From the NCBI GenBank assembly GCA_965213925.1, contig OZ243927.1, positions 576,001-640,000 of the forward strand: 64,000 nt of DNA, written 5' to 3'. The notes under the pieces were generated by a model that had not been told where the DNA came from, ran no database searches, and saw only the letters and a program-made list of their open reading frames with translations. The stretch is from Trueperaceae bacterium (lineage in GTDB: Bacteria > Deinococcota > Deinococci > Deinococcales > Trueperaceae). This document shows, one piece after another, positions 28,397 through 36,737 of this stretch. The translations under genes were made by a program, and so were the position numbers. The first letter of the stretch is position 1, and each line of letters begins with the position of its first letter.

Positions 28397-29284
28397 ATGA
28401 CTCCAACCATCGTGCTTCATGGCGGCGCAGGGACCATCCGCGCTGAGGACAGAGAGAACTACGTGGCGGGGCTTTTGGAGGCTCGAGACGCAGCCTTCGC
28501 GGCGCTCAAAGAGGGCGAGGACGCGCTCTCGGCGGTGCTCAGCGCCGTCACCATCATGGAAGATAACGACAGGGCGTTCAATGCGGGCACGGGCGGCTCG
28601 CCGAACCGCGACGGCGTCGTCGAATGTGACGCGGCGGTGATGGCGGGTCCGGACAGGAGCGTGGGCGCGGTCGCGGCGGTGACGAACGCGAAAAATCCGA
28701 TTCTATTAGCCGACAAGGTGCGTTTGACCTCTCCCCACGTCTTTTTGGTCGGCGCAGGCGCGGAATCCCTGGTGGATAACCCTGTCGACAATCAGACCCT
28801 ACTGACCGAGCGAACTAGGGCGGCGCTCGGCGAATGGCGCGAGAAAAAGCTCGCACCCGCCAATTCAGCGACGGTGGGCGCGGTCGCGTTGGACCGAAAC
28901 GGACGCCTCGCCGCCGCTACGAGCACGGGCGGCGTGCTCGGCAAGTGGCCGGGGCGCGTCGGCGACTCGCCGCTCATTGGCGCAGGTACCTACGCGGACG
29001 CGCACATCGCGGTGTCTTGTACGGGCAAAGGGGAAGCGTTTACGAGAGCGGTCACGGCAAAGAGCTTAGCGACGCGGCTCCATTATGAGCGGGATTTAGG
29101 CAGCGCGGTCGAGGCTGCGTTAGAAGAGGTCAAGACGCTAGAAGGAACGGGCGGGCTCATCAGTCTGACGGCGGATGGGCGGGTCTGCATCGGGTTCAAC
29201 ACGCCGCACATGGCGTACGCTTGGCGGAGCGACCGGGCGCAAGAGGTGCAGGTGGGGCTCGAGGCTGGACTCTACCACCCGTAA
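28397..29284 (+). CDS. Isoaspartyl peptidase / L-asparaginase (Ntn hydrolase)
   Basis: HGGAG, FNAGTG, TVGAVALD, ATSTGG, GRVGDSPLIGAG and SCTGKGE. Confidence 0.93.
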   Translation: MTPTIVLHGGAGTIRAEDRENYVAGLLEARDAAFAALKEGEDALSAVLSAVTIMEDNDRAFNAGTGGSPNRDGVVECDAAVMAGPDRSVGAVAAVTNAKNPILLADKVRLTSPHVFLVGAGAESLVDNPVDNQTLLTERTRAALGEWREKKLAPANSATVGAVALDRNGRLAAATSTGGVLGKWPGRVGDSPLIGAGTYADAHIAVSCTGKGEAFTRAVTAKSLATRLHYERDLGSAVEAALEEVKTLEGTGGLISLTADGRVCIGFNTPHMAYAWRSDRAQEVQVGLEAGLYHP

Positions 29285-29356
29285 AGGGGGTAGCCTCGCG
29301 CATCTGAGCGGAACGAGTTTATGGTGCTCGCCTTTTGCTCAGCTCACCGGCGGAGT

Positions 29357-30430
29357 TTAGCTCGAGCCGATCACCTCTTCAACGTTAGAAAATCCGTCTC
29401 GCTCCATCCTCTTCAACACGCCCTCATTCAACCTTTTAAGGAGCAGCGGTCCTTCATAGACCAAGCTCGTGTAGAGCTGAACGGAGCACGCGCCCGCACG
29501 GAGCCTGTCAAACACGTCATCGGCGGAAAAGACGCCGCCTACGGAGATGAGAGGTAAAGACGAGCCGACCTGAGCCCGAAGATAGTTTAGAATCTCTAAA
29601 GAACGCGCCCGTACGGGTCGCCCTGACAGTCCGCCCGCTTCACCGATGTCAGTTCGCAACCCCTCACGCGACACCGTTGTATTCGTGGCGATAAGACCGC
29701 TAAGTTCGTGCTCTAAAACGAGCGTGACGATTTCGTCAATCTGAGAATAGGTGAGGTCGGGGGCGATTTTTAAGAGAATCGGTTTGCGAACCTCTTGCGC
29801 TGCGGCGTACGCTGTGACGGTTGCTAAGAGGGTCTCGAGCCTGCCTTTATCTTGCAATTCCCGCAGCCCCGGCGTGTTCGGCGAACTCACGTTGATGACG
29901 AAGTAGTCCGCGCGTGACCAGAGGTGCGCTAAAGAGGTCAGGTAGTCATCCGGCGCGTCGTCTAAGGGCGTCACTTTGGATTTGCCTAAGTTGATACCCA
30001 AAGGGACGCTCGTGGGTCGTATCATTCTGAGCTGCTCGAGCCGCTTCGCCATCACCGCCGCCCCGTCGTTATTGAAGCCCATTCGGTTGATGAGCGCCTC
30101 ATCCTCCAGCAACCGGAACAAGCGAGGTTTGGGGTTGCCCGGCTGTGCGTGCGCCGTGACGCTGCCCACCTCAGCGTGTCCAAAACCGAGCGCCGCCCAA
30201 GTCGGCACGGCGCGGGCGTTCTTGTCAAAGCCTGCGGCGAGCCCGATTGGGTTAGGAAAGGTGAGCCCGAAGCGTTTCACCTCTAAGCGTTTATCCTCGA
30301 CTTGGCAGAGACGCGAAACAAGCTTGAGCCCACCCGGATGCCGGCTCGTCCAGGTAAGCGCCGCCATGACTTGTTCGTGAATCCTTTCAGGGTCGGCGCG
30401 GAAGAGGAGCGGTTTGAGGCGCTGGTACAT
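29357..30430 (-). CDS. pyrD: Quinone-dependent dihydroorotate dehydrogenase
   Basis: NPIGLAAGFDKN, NRMGFNN, NVSSPNTPGLR, KIAPD, TNTT and GGLSG; leaderless TACACT-6nt-ATG at 30430. Confidence 0.95.
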   Translation of the reverse strand: MYQRLKPLLFRADPERIHEQVMAALTWTSRHPGGLKLVSRLCQVEDKRLEVKRFGLTFPNPIGLAAGFDKNARAVPTWAALGFGHAEVGSVTAHAQPGNPKPRLFRLLEDEALINRMGFNNDGAAVMAKRLEQLRMIRPTSVPLGINLGKSKVTPLDDAPDDYLTSLAHLWSRADYFVINVSSPNTPGLRELQDKGRLETLLATVTAYAAAQEVRKPILLKIAPDLTYSQIDEIVTLVLEHELSGLIATNTTVSREGLRTDIGEAGGLSGRPVRARSLEILNYLRAQVGSSLPLISVGGVFSADDVFDRLRAGACSVQLYTSLVYEGPLLLKRLNEGVLKRMERDGFSNVEEVIGSS

Positions 30431-30602
30431 GAGGTTAGTGTATCTGACCTCAGGTACGAAATGCACCTCTCTAAGTCGCACACGTACCATGTCGTGTGTA
30501 CTGTAGCAACAAGTATAAATGTATCTAGCACAACACTTGAAATGACGTTACACTAGCTTCATTCATCCACCGGGGGGACCGCGTGGAGCAATCCGAAACT
30601 CG

Positions 30603-31547
30603 CTAAGGCAGCTTAGCGAGTTTTTCTTTTGCTTGACGTTGCAGCGTCCAAAGCGCCGCACGCCGCAATAGGTCGAGGCGCGCCGCCGGTGACGCGTCAC
30701 CGCCGACGACAACAGTCTCAATTCCTTGTTCAGTGAGCACGCCGACAGGAGGCGGCTCGAGCCTCAGGAGTTCACGAGGCTCATCCAATTCTGCAAGTAG
30801 TACGTCAGATGCGAGTAGAGGTTGAGGTTCGCGCTGCCACGCCGCTTCGATACCTTCGGTAAGTTCAGCGGTTGCCTCGCCTGTGAATTTAGGGATAATG
30901 GTAGCCTCGAGCCAACCGCATTCGCGCACTAATTTAGCGTAGGTTGTCCAGTTATCCGTATCCACAAACCAAGGACCGGAGCCTAGCTCGAGCCTCTCCA
31001 CGCGCCCCTCGTACCTCTTTAGAACACCTCTTGCGCCCTTATCCCCCTTGACCTCTAAAAGCTCACTCAAGAGGTCAGGACTGAAAATCACGGGGTTGCG
31101 CTGCTCGCCGTGCTCAGCCGCTGCAACTGCGACGGTGTTTTTACTTCGTTCCCGGAACGTTTGGACGAGGTTGCGTGCTCGCGTCACATCAAAAGCAGGT
31201 TGGTCTGCTAGAAGAATCATCAATCCTGAAGCTGGCTCGCGCTTCAAGACCTCTTGCACGCCGCACCGCAGCGAGGTGCTAAGACCTCTTTCGTAGTGCA
31301 GGTTTTCGGTTGTGCTAACCCTGGTTTGATACTGCGGATACTCCTGCAAAAACCTCTCAATTTCCGTCTTACAAAGCGCCGCGTCACGACCCAAAACGAC
31401 GATGACGTGACCGTCTACCGATTCCAAAGCGGTGTGGAGGACTCTCGAGAGGAGCGCGTGCCCCTCTCCAGCGGGTAGGAGGACTTTAGGAACGCCCATC
31501 CGGGAGGCGCGTCCGGCGGCGAGGATGAGCGCATCAACGGGACGCAT
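30603..31547 (-). CDS. MocA-like molybdenum cofactor cytidylyltransferase with a C-terminal extension
   Basis: LAAGRASRMG-PK, GLSTSL, LADQP, NPVIF, GDKGAR and DTD; adjacent to the cox genes. Confidence 0.8.
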   Translation of the reverse strand: MRPVDALILAAGRASRMGVPKVLLPAGEGHALLSRVLHTALESVDGHVIVVLGRDAALCKTEIERFLQEYPQYQTRVSTTENLHYERGLSTSLRCGVQEVLKREPASGLMILLADQPAFDVTRARNLVQTFRERSKNTVAVAAAEHGEQRNPVIFSPDLLSELLEVKGDKGARGVLKRYEGRVERLELGSGPWFVDTDNWTTYAKLVRECGWLEATIIPKFTGEATAELTEGIEAAWQREPQPLLASDVLLAELDEPRELLRLEPPPVGVLTEQGIETVVVGGDASPAARLDLLRRAALWTLQRQAKEKLAKLP

Positions 31548-31627
31548 TATGACTGACCCGGCATTAACTTCGGCATTGACGTAGCGTAACACTTGCGCAT
31601 GTTGACCAACTTGTTTAGACTAAAAAG

Positions 31628-31870
31628 ATGAAAACTCTCCAACTGCATGAAGCTAAGGCGCGTCTTTCTGAACTCATCGAGGCTGTCATGAAAGGTGAAG
31701 AGGTTGTGATTTCTCGCTACGGCAAACCTGTTGCTAAGCTCGTCGGTTTGACGGAGCCCAAAGAGCGCGAGCTAGGGTTTTACCCTATCGACTTTCAAAG
31801 TGACTTACTAGAGCCTACCGATAAAGAGATTATAAATGCGTTTTACGGTACCGATTACAGTGCCGAGTAG
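31628..31870 (+). CDS. Phd/YefM family antitoxin
   Basis: EAKARLSELIE...GEEVVISRYGKPVAKLV. Confidence 0.9.
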   Translation: MKTLQLHEAKARLSELIEAVMKGEEVVISRYGKPVAKLVGLTEPKERELGFYPIDFQSDLLEPTDKEIINAFYGTDYSAE

Positions 31871-31873
31871 ACT

Positions 31874-32266
31874 ATGCGTTGTCTGCTCGATACGCACACC
31901 TTAGCTTGGACGGTGGGCGACCCTACCCTGCTGAGCGAAACTGCGAAGAGGTACCTGCGTGACCCTAAAAACGAACTCTTGGTTAGCCCTGCGAGCATCT
32001 GGGAGATAAGTATCAAGCATCATGCAGGCAAGTGGTCGGAGGTCGCGCCCTTCATGGACGAGGCGCGTTACGCTGAATTTAGTCAACGCTTGAACCTGCA
32101 AGAACTCCTCATCCGCACCTCGCATACGCGCTTAGCGGGGCAGTTCAAGGTTGAGCATAAAGACCCTTTCGACCGCTTGCTCGCAGCGCAAGCGCTACTG
32201 GAGGGCGTCACGCTCATAAGCAAGGATGAGGTATTCGAGCAGTTTCCTGTGGCTAGGGTATGGTGA
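31874..32266 (+). CDS. vapC: VapC family PIN-domain toxin
   Basis: LLDTH, SIWEISIK, HKDPFDRLLAAQA and LISKD. Confidence 0.9.
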   Translation: MRCLLDTHTLAWTVGDPTLLSETAKRYLRDPKNELLVSPASIWEISIKHHAGKWSEVAPFMDEARYAEFSQRLNLQELLIRTSHTRLAGQFKVEHKDPFDRLLAAQALLEGVTLISKDEVFEQFPVARVW

Positions 32267-32280
32267 GGCTTAGTACTGAA

Positions 32281-33420
32281 TTAAACCGAAACTTTTGAAC
32301 GAAACGCATGAATCCGCCCCGAGCGCTCCCGTAAGAAGCCGCCCGCATACCCATTTCGCACCGCCAAAATCTCGCTCATGATGCTGTGCGCAATCTCGGC
32401 GGGCGTCTCTGCGCCGATGTCTAAGCCGACGGGGTTATGAACTCTGTCCTGCTGTGTTTTTTCTTGTGCTTCATCCGGCTCGAGTCCCTCTTCCGACAAC
32501 GCTTCGACCATCTCTTCAAACCTCGAGCGCGGTCCCAACACGCCGATATAGGGCGCGTCAGATTTCAGCGCAAACGCGAGGCTCCCCTTGTCCCGCTCCA
32601 AGTGATGGTTCATCACCACAATGAAGCTGCGCGGCGTAATTTTCACGCGCTCCTCGAACCGTGAGGGGTGCGAAATGACCAGCTTGTTGACGTTGGGGAA
32701 GCGCTCTTCGGTTGTAAACGCAGGACGGGCGTCCACGACGGTTACATTGAAGCCGAGGCTATGCGCTTGTGCCGCGAGCGGCATCGCGTCGTGTCCTGCA
32801 CCGAAAATAACAAGCTCGGGCGGCGGTAGGCTCACGTCGATAAAGACCTCGACTTCGCCGTTCTCGAGTTCGAAACGGCGCATCTCGGAACGTTGGGCTA
32901 GAGAGGTGAGTTTTCGCTGCGCGACCTCTTGCACCTCTTCCCTAAGGCGTTCGTCGTTCAAGTCGCCGACGGTTTCGCTCTCTGAAATAAACATGCGAGA
33001 GGTTGTAGGAACCTTGTCAATCGACGAGGTCATCACCGTTGCTAAAACGCTGCCTTGCTGCGCTTTAACTGCCTCTTGCCACGCGGTGAAGGCGGGGGTG
33101 CTTTGGCTGGGCTCGAGGTAGACCTCGACCGCCCCGCCACAGCCGAGCCCGAGTCCCCACAAGACCTCTTCGCTCAGGTCGAAAAAGTGCGTCTGCGGCG
33201 TTCCGTTCGCCATGACCTCTTTCGCGATTTCGCCGATTTCTGCCTCTAAGCAGCCGCCTGAAATCATGCAGACTTGCTCGCCCGCGCTGTCTACGAGCAT
33301 CTTCGTGCCTTCGCGCCGATACGCCGAGCCCACCACGCGCACGACGGTGGCGATGACGGCGTCCTTGCCCGCTGCCTTTGCCGCTTGAATTGCCTCTAAA
33401 AGTTTGTCTTCTTCGCGCAT
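32281..33420 (-). CDS. XdhC/CoxI family Moco-loading accessory protein
   Basis: GSAYRREG, ISGGCLE, GLGCGG, FGAGHD, YIGVLGPRSR and PVGLDIGAETPAEIA. Confidence 0.9.
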   Translation of the reverse strand: MREEDKLLEAIQAAKAAGKDAVIATVVRVVGSAYRREGTKMLVDSAGEQVCMISGGCLEAEIGEIAKEVMANGTPQTHFFDLSEEVLWGLGLGCGGAVEVYLEPSQSTPAFTAWQEAVKAQQGSVLATVMTSSIDKVPTTSRMFISESETVGDLNDERLREEVQEVAQRKLTSLAQRSEMRRFELENGEVEVFIDVSLPPPELVIFGAGHDAMPLAAQAHSLGFNVTVVDARPAFTTEERFPNVNKLVISHPSRFEERVKITPRSFIVVMNHHLERDKGSLAFALKSDAPYIGVLGPRSRFEEMVEALSEEGLEPDEAQEKTQQDRVHNPVGLDIGAETPAEIAHSIMSEILAVRNGYAGGFLRERSGRIHAFRSKVSV

Positions 33421-33460
33421 GTTTCTACTGCCTACTTTCGTACCTGTTCATTTTCCGCAC

Positions 33461-34666
33461 TCATTTTCTCAGGTGAATCTCGTCCGCCAACGCTCGAAAT
33501 GAAGCTGCGTCTCGTGCGTTCGTTAAGGTGTCCACATAGGGTAACGCGGTGAGCATACCACGCGCGGTCGGTGTATAACCTTTTGTCTCGAGCAGTGGAT
33601 TAAGCCACACCACCCCCGCCGAGCGGCGGTGCAGCTCGCGCATGGCGCGTTCTAGGGGCGTTTGGTCGTCCGTTGTATCGAGTCCGTCGCTGGCGATGAT
33701 AACGAGTGTGTCTTTTGTAAGTCTCGCGCTGTGCCGCCGCGCAAACGTCTCCAAACTTTCGCCCAAGCGCGTACCGCCACCCCAAGCTTCGCCTAAGTCT
33801 TGTAATGAATTTCCTTGCCTGAGTGCCTGTCTAAGTTCCGCGCTGATACGGCGTAACTGGGTGGAGAAGACGAAGGCTTCAACCCTCGAGGCGCGTCTCG
33901 TCAACGCCTGCGCAAACTGCAGCAGCACGCCGCTATGCGCCGCCATCGAGCGGCTTCCGTCCAAGAGGAGCACGAAGCGCGGTTTGCGCGGCGGGTGGGT
34001 GAGCCAGAGGGGTATCACGGCTTCGCCGCCCGTTTGCAAAGAGTGACGGAGCGTGCGCCGCACGTCGAAACGTTGACCATGCTTTGAACTGCGCCAGCGG
34101 CGGCTCTTGCCGAGGCGCAGGCGCGTGGCGAGGTGTTTGGCGGCGGCAAGCATTTTGTCCATGTCCTCTTGAGGTAGCGTCATAGGGCGTTCAGCTTGCG
34201 CGGCGGCGTAGCTGAACCAAGCGCGGAGCAGCGGGTTATGACCTCTTTCGCCTTCGCTTTCACCCACTTGAAGCTCCGCGGAGGTGGCGTCGCGCTCCCT
34301 CTCCACTTCACGTTCTGATAATTCATCCTCTCGCGCTTCGCTGTCCTTGTCCACCTCTTCGTGGGGCTCGGCGTCCCGCGTGCTCCCTTTCGCCTCCAAC
34401 CTCTTGTCCAAAAAGAAGGCGTAAAAGAGCGTGTCGAACTGCGCGGCGTCCTCCAACCGGGTGCAGAGCACGAGCTTGAGGGCGGTGCGAAACTTCGTCC
34501 GGTCCGCGACGCCGACAGTTTCCGTCGCACGGAGAGCGTCGCTGACCTCTTGCGGACCGATGGTGAAGCCTTTAGCGCGGAGGCGTTCGCAGAAAGCTGA
34601 GAGGTTGCGTGGCAAATCGCCGTGCGGGAATTTTTGAAGGAAAGGATGGGGTAGAGGCTGGCTCAT
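33461..34666 (-). CDS. coxE: CoxE-like VWA domain protein
   Basis: MIDAS motif DGSRSM, WGGGTRLG, SDGLD and WLNPL. Confidence 0.85.
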   Translation of the reverse strand: MSQPLPHPFLQKFPHGDLPRNLSAFCERLRAKGFTIGPQEVSDALRATETVGVADRTKFRTALKLVLCTRLEDAAQFDTLFYAFFLDKRLEAKGSTRDAEPHEEVDKDSEAREDELSEREVERERDATSAELQVGESEGERGHNPLLRAWFSYAAAQAERPMTLPQEDMDKMLAAAKHLATRLRLGKSRRWRSSKHGQRFDVRRTLRHSLQTGGEAVIPLWLTHPPRKPRFVLLLDGSRSMAAHSGVLLQFAQALTRRASRVEAFVFSTQLRRISAELRQALRQGNSLQDLGEAWGGGTRLGESLETFARRHSARLTKDTLVIIASDGLDTTDDQTPLERAMRELHRRSAGVVWLNPLLETKGYTPTARGMLTALPYVDTLTNARDAASFRALADEIHLRK

Positions 34667-34672
34667 AAGGAT

Positions 34673-35557
34673 TTAGGTACGCTCGAGCACCCGCTCCAAC
34701 TCCCCCTTACGCGCCTCGACGGTCTCCCAATCCTCGAAATCCTTGACGATGCAGCCCAAGGTTTTCTCGAGAACGTGTGGCGCCAATTTTTCATGGTGGA
34801 GCGACATCAACGCCGTGCCCCAATCCAGGCTCTCCGCTACGCCGGGAAGTTTATTGAGAGGAAGCCCGCGCAAATACGTCATCACGCGCCCGATTTGCTC
34901 CGCTAGACGCTCGTCAATACCGGGCAGCCTTGCGCGCAAAATCTGCACCTCTTTATCGAAACTTGGATAGGGCTGCCAGAGGTACAAGCAGCGCCGCCTA
35001 AGCGCATCGGAGAGGTCGCGGATGCGGTTGGAGGTGAGAATCACGAAGGGTTTGTGCTGCGCCTTGATGGTGCCGAGTTCGGGGATGGTGACTTGGAATT
35101 CGCCTAGCAGCTCCAACAAAAACGCCTCAAACTCTTCGTCGGCGCGGTCGATTTCGTCAATTAAAAGGACGGGGGATTGTTCAGGTTCAGAAATCGCCTC
35201 GAGAAGAGGTCGGCGCAAGAGAAAATTAGGACCGAAGATTTCGGCTTCGCGCTGTTTGACGCTCGCGCCCTCATTCTCCGTCAACCGGATGTGGAGCATC
35301 TGCTTGGGGTAGTTCCACTCGTATAAAGAGGTCGCCGCGTCTAGTCCCTCGTAACACTGCAAGCGGATGAGTTTCGTATGGAGCATCTCCGCTAAGACTT
35401 TCGCGCTCTCCGTTTTACCGACGCCCGCCGGACCTTCCACGAGAAGGGGTTTGTGCATCGCCGTGACGAGTTCTAAGGCAGTTGCTAAAGCGTCATCTGC
35501 GAGATAACCTTTTGTCTCTAAACGACTCTGGATCGTCTCGGCAGTTAAGTCCGTCAT
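34673..35557 (-). CDS. coxD: CoxD-like MoxR AAA+ ATPase
   Basis: EGPAGVGKT, LQCYEGLD, LLIDEIDR and LSDALRRRC. Confidence 0.9.
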   Translation of the reverse strand: MTDLTAETIQSRLETKGYLADDALATALELVTAMHKPLLVEGPAGVGKTESAKVLAEMLHTKLIRLQCYEGLDAATSLYEWNYPKQMLHIRLTENEGASVKQREAEIFGPNFLLRRPLLEAISEPEQSPVLLIDEIDRADEEFEAFLLELLGEFQVTIPELGTIKAQHKPFVILTSNRIRDLSDALRRRCLYLWQPYPSFDKEVQILRARLPGIDERLAEQIGRVMTYLRGLPLNKLPGVAESLDWGTALMSLHHEKLAPHVLEKTLGCIVKDFEDWETVEARKGELERVLERT

Positions 35558-36558
35558 GCTGCTTGTAAGTACCGCTCGGGGTCGTGGTCGAAGCGGCGTT
35601 TGCAGTTCGGGCAGCAGAAGTAGTAGGTTGCGCCGTCTAACTCACTTGTATGACGCGCGTGCGCCATATCGACGCTCATACCGCAGACGGGATCAACAGC
35701 CTCTTCGGTTGTTTTCGTTGGTCCCATTTTCGACGCGTTGACCTCTTGCTGTTTCGCGGTCTGATAAACTTGCACCATTTCCGCAAAGATCGAAAGTGCG
35801 ACTTCGGCGGGGCTTTTGGCGTTGATGTCGAGCCCAGCGGGGCTACTGACGCGCCCAAAGTCGCTCACGCCCATCGTATCCAGCACGTCCTTAACAGTAG
35901 CGGCGCGTTTGCGACTGGCGACTAAAGCGAGGTAGTGAGGCTGCGCGGGGATAAGGTGTGCCAACGCTTCCTCATCGTAATGACCCATCGAGGCGACGAC
36001 GGCAGCGAGTTTACCTCTTTGCGTGCTCGAGAGTGACCCCAACCAGTGTTCCAAATGCCGCACCTCAAAGAGCTTGACCATCGCCGTGCCCAAGTCCATC
36101 TCCACGGCGGAGCGTTCCCCTTTGTCGTAGGCGAGTGTGACCTCATAACCCAAGAAGTCGCCCTGCTTGGCGAGGGCAATCGCGATGGGCGACGTACCGA
36201 CAACTAAAAGGCGCTTCTTTTCCAGGTGAGGTTCTAAATACACGTCCACCGCCCCTTCGCTCGAGCACGACATCGGCACCCATACCTCGTCGCGTCCGGC
36301 GGCTTCATCCTTCGCTGGAAGAGGGTCGGGGGTGATGCGCACTAGGCGGGGTTGCTCGAGTTTGAGTGCCGAGAGCGCCTGCTTGCGGATGATGTCGCGC
36401 GAGCACGCGCCGCCGATGAAGCCCTCCATGTGACCGTTCTCTAAGATGACGGCTTTATCGCCTAAGTGTGAAGAGACGGGGGGTTGTCTCGAGACCACCG
36501 TCGCCAATACAAAGCGTTGCTCCTCGTTTTTCAGTTCTAAAATGCGTTCTAAATCCAT
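35554..36558 (-). CDS. coxF: XdhC/CoxF family protein with a C-terminal YHS (TRASH) metal-binding domain
   Basis: GFIGGAC, MSCSSEG and PAGLDI...EVALSI; tail DPVCGM...YYFCCPNC...F...PERY. Confidence 0.8.
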   Translation of the reverse strand: MDLERILELKNEEQRFVLATVVSRQPPVSSHLGDKAVILENGHMEGFIGGACSRDIIRKQALSALKLEQPRLVRITPDPLPAKDEAAGRDEVWVPMSCSSEGAVDVYLEPHLEKKRLLVVGTSPIAIALAKQGDFLGYEVTLAYDKGERSAVEMDLGTAMVKLFEVRHLEHWLGSLSSTQRGKLAAVVASMGHYDEEALAHLIPAQPHYLALVASRKRAATVKDVLDTMGVSDFGRVSSPAGLDINAKSPAEVALSIFAEMVQVYQTAKQQEVNASKMGPTKTTEEAVDPVCGMSVDMAHARHTSELDGATYYFCCPNCKRRFDHDPERYLQAA

Positions 36559-36606
36559 TATCCCTCGTCAATTTGGCAGGTCGAAGTCCCATTGCTCCAG
36601 TGTGTT

Positions 36607-36698
36607 GTAGGGGCGGGTTTGGAACCCGCCCCTACGCCGCGCAAACGGAATGGGTGATGGAGCGAGCGGCGTAGGGGCGATTCATGAATCGCCCCTAC
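36607..36698. repeat. Two GTAG-type REP palindromes
   Basis: GTAGGGGCGGGTTTGGAACCCGCCCCTAC (36607-36635) and GTAGGGGCGATTCATGAATCGCCCCTAC (36671-36698). Confidence 0.8.
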
Positions 36699-36737
36699 AT
36701 CAGCGCCGTCTAAACGTCCAGCCGAAACAGCGCCGCC

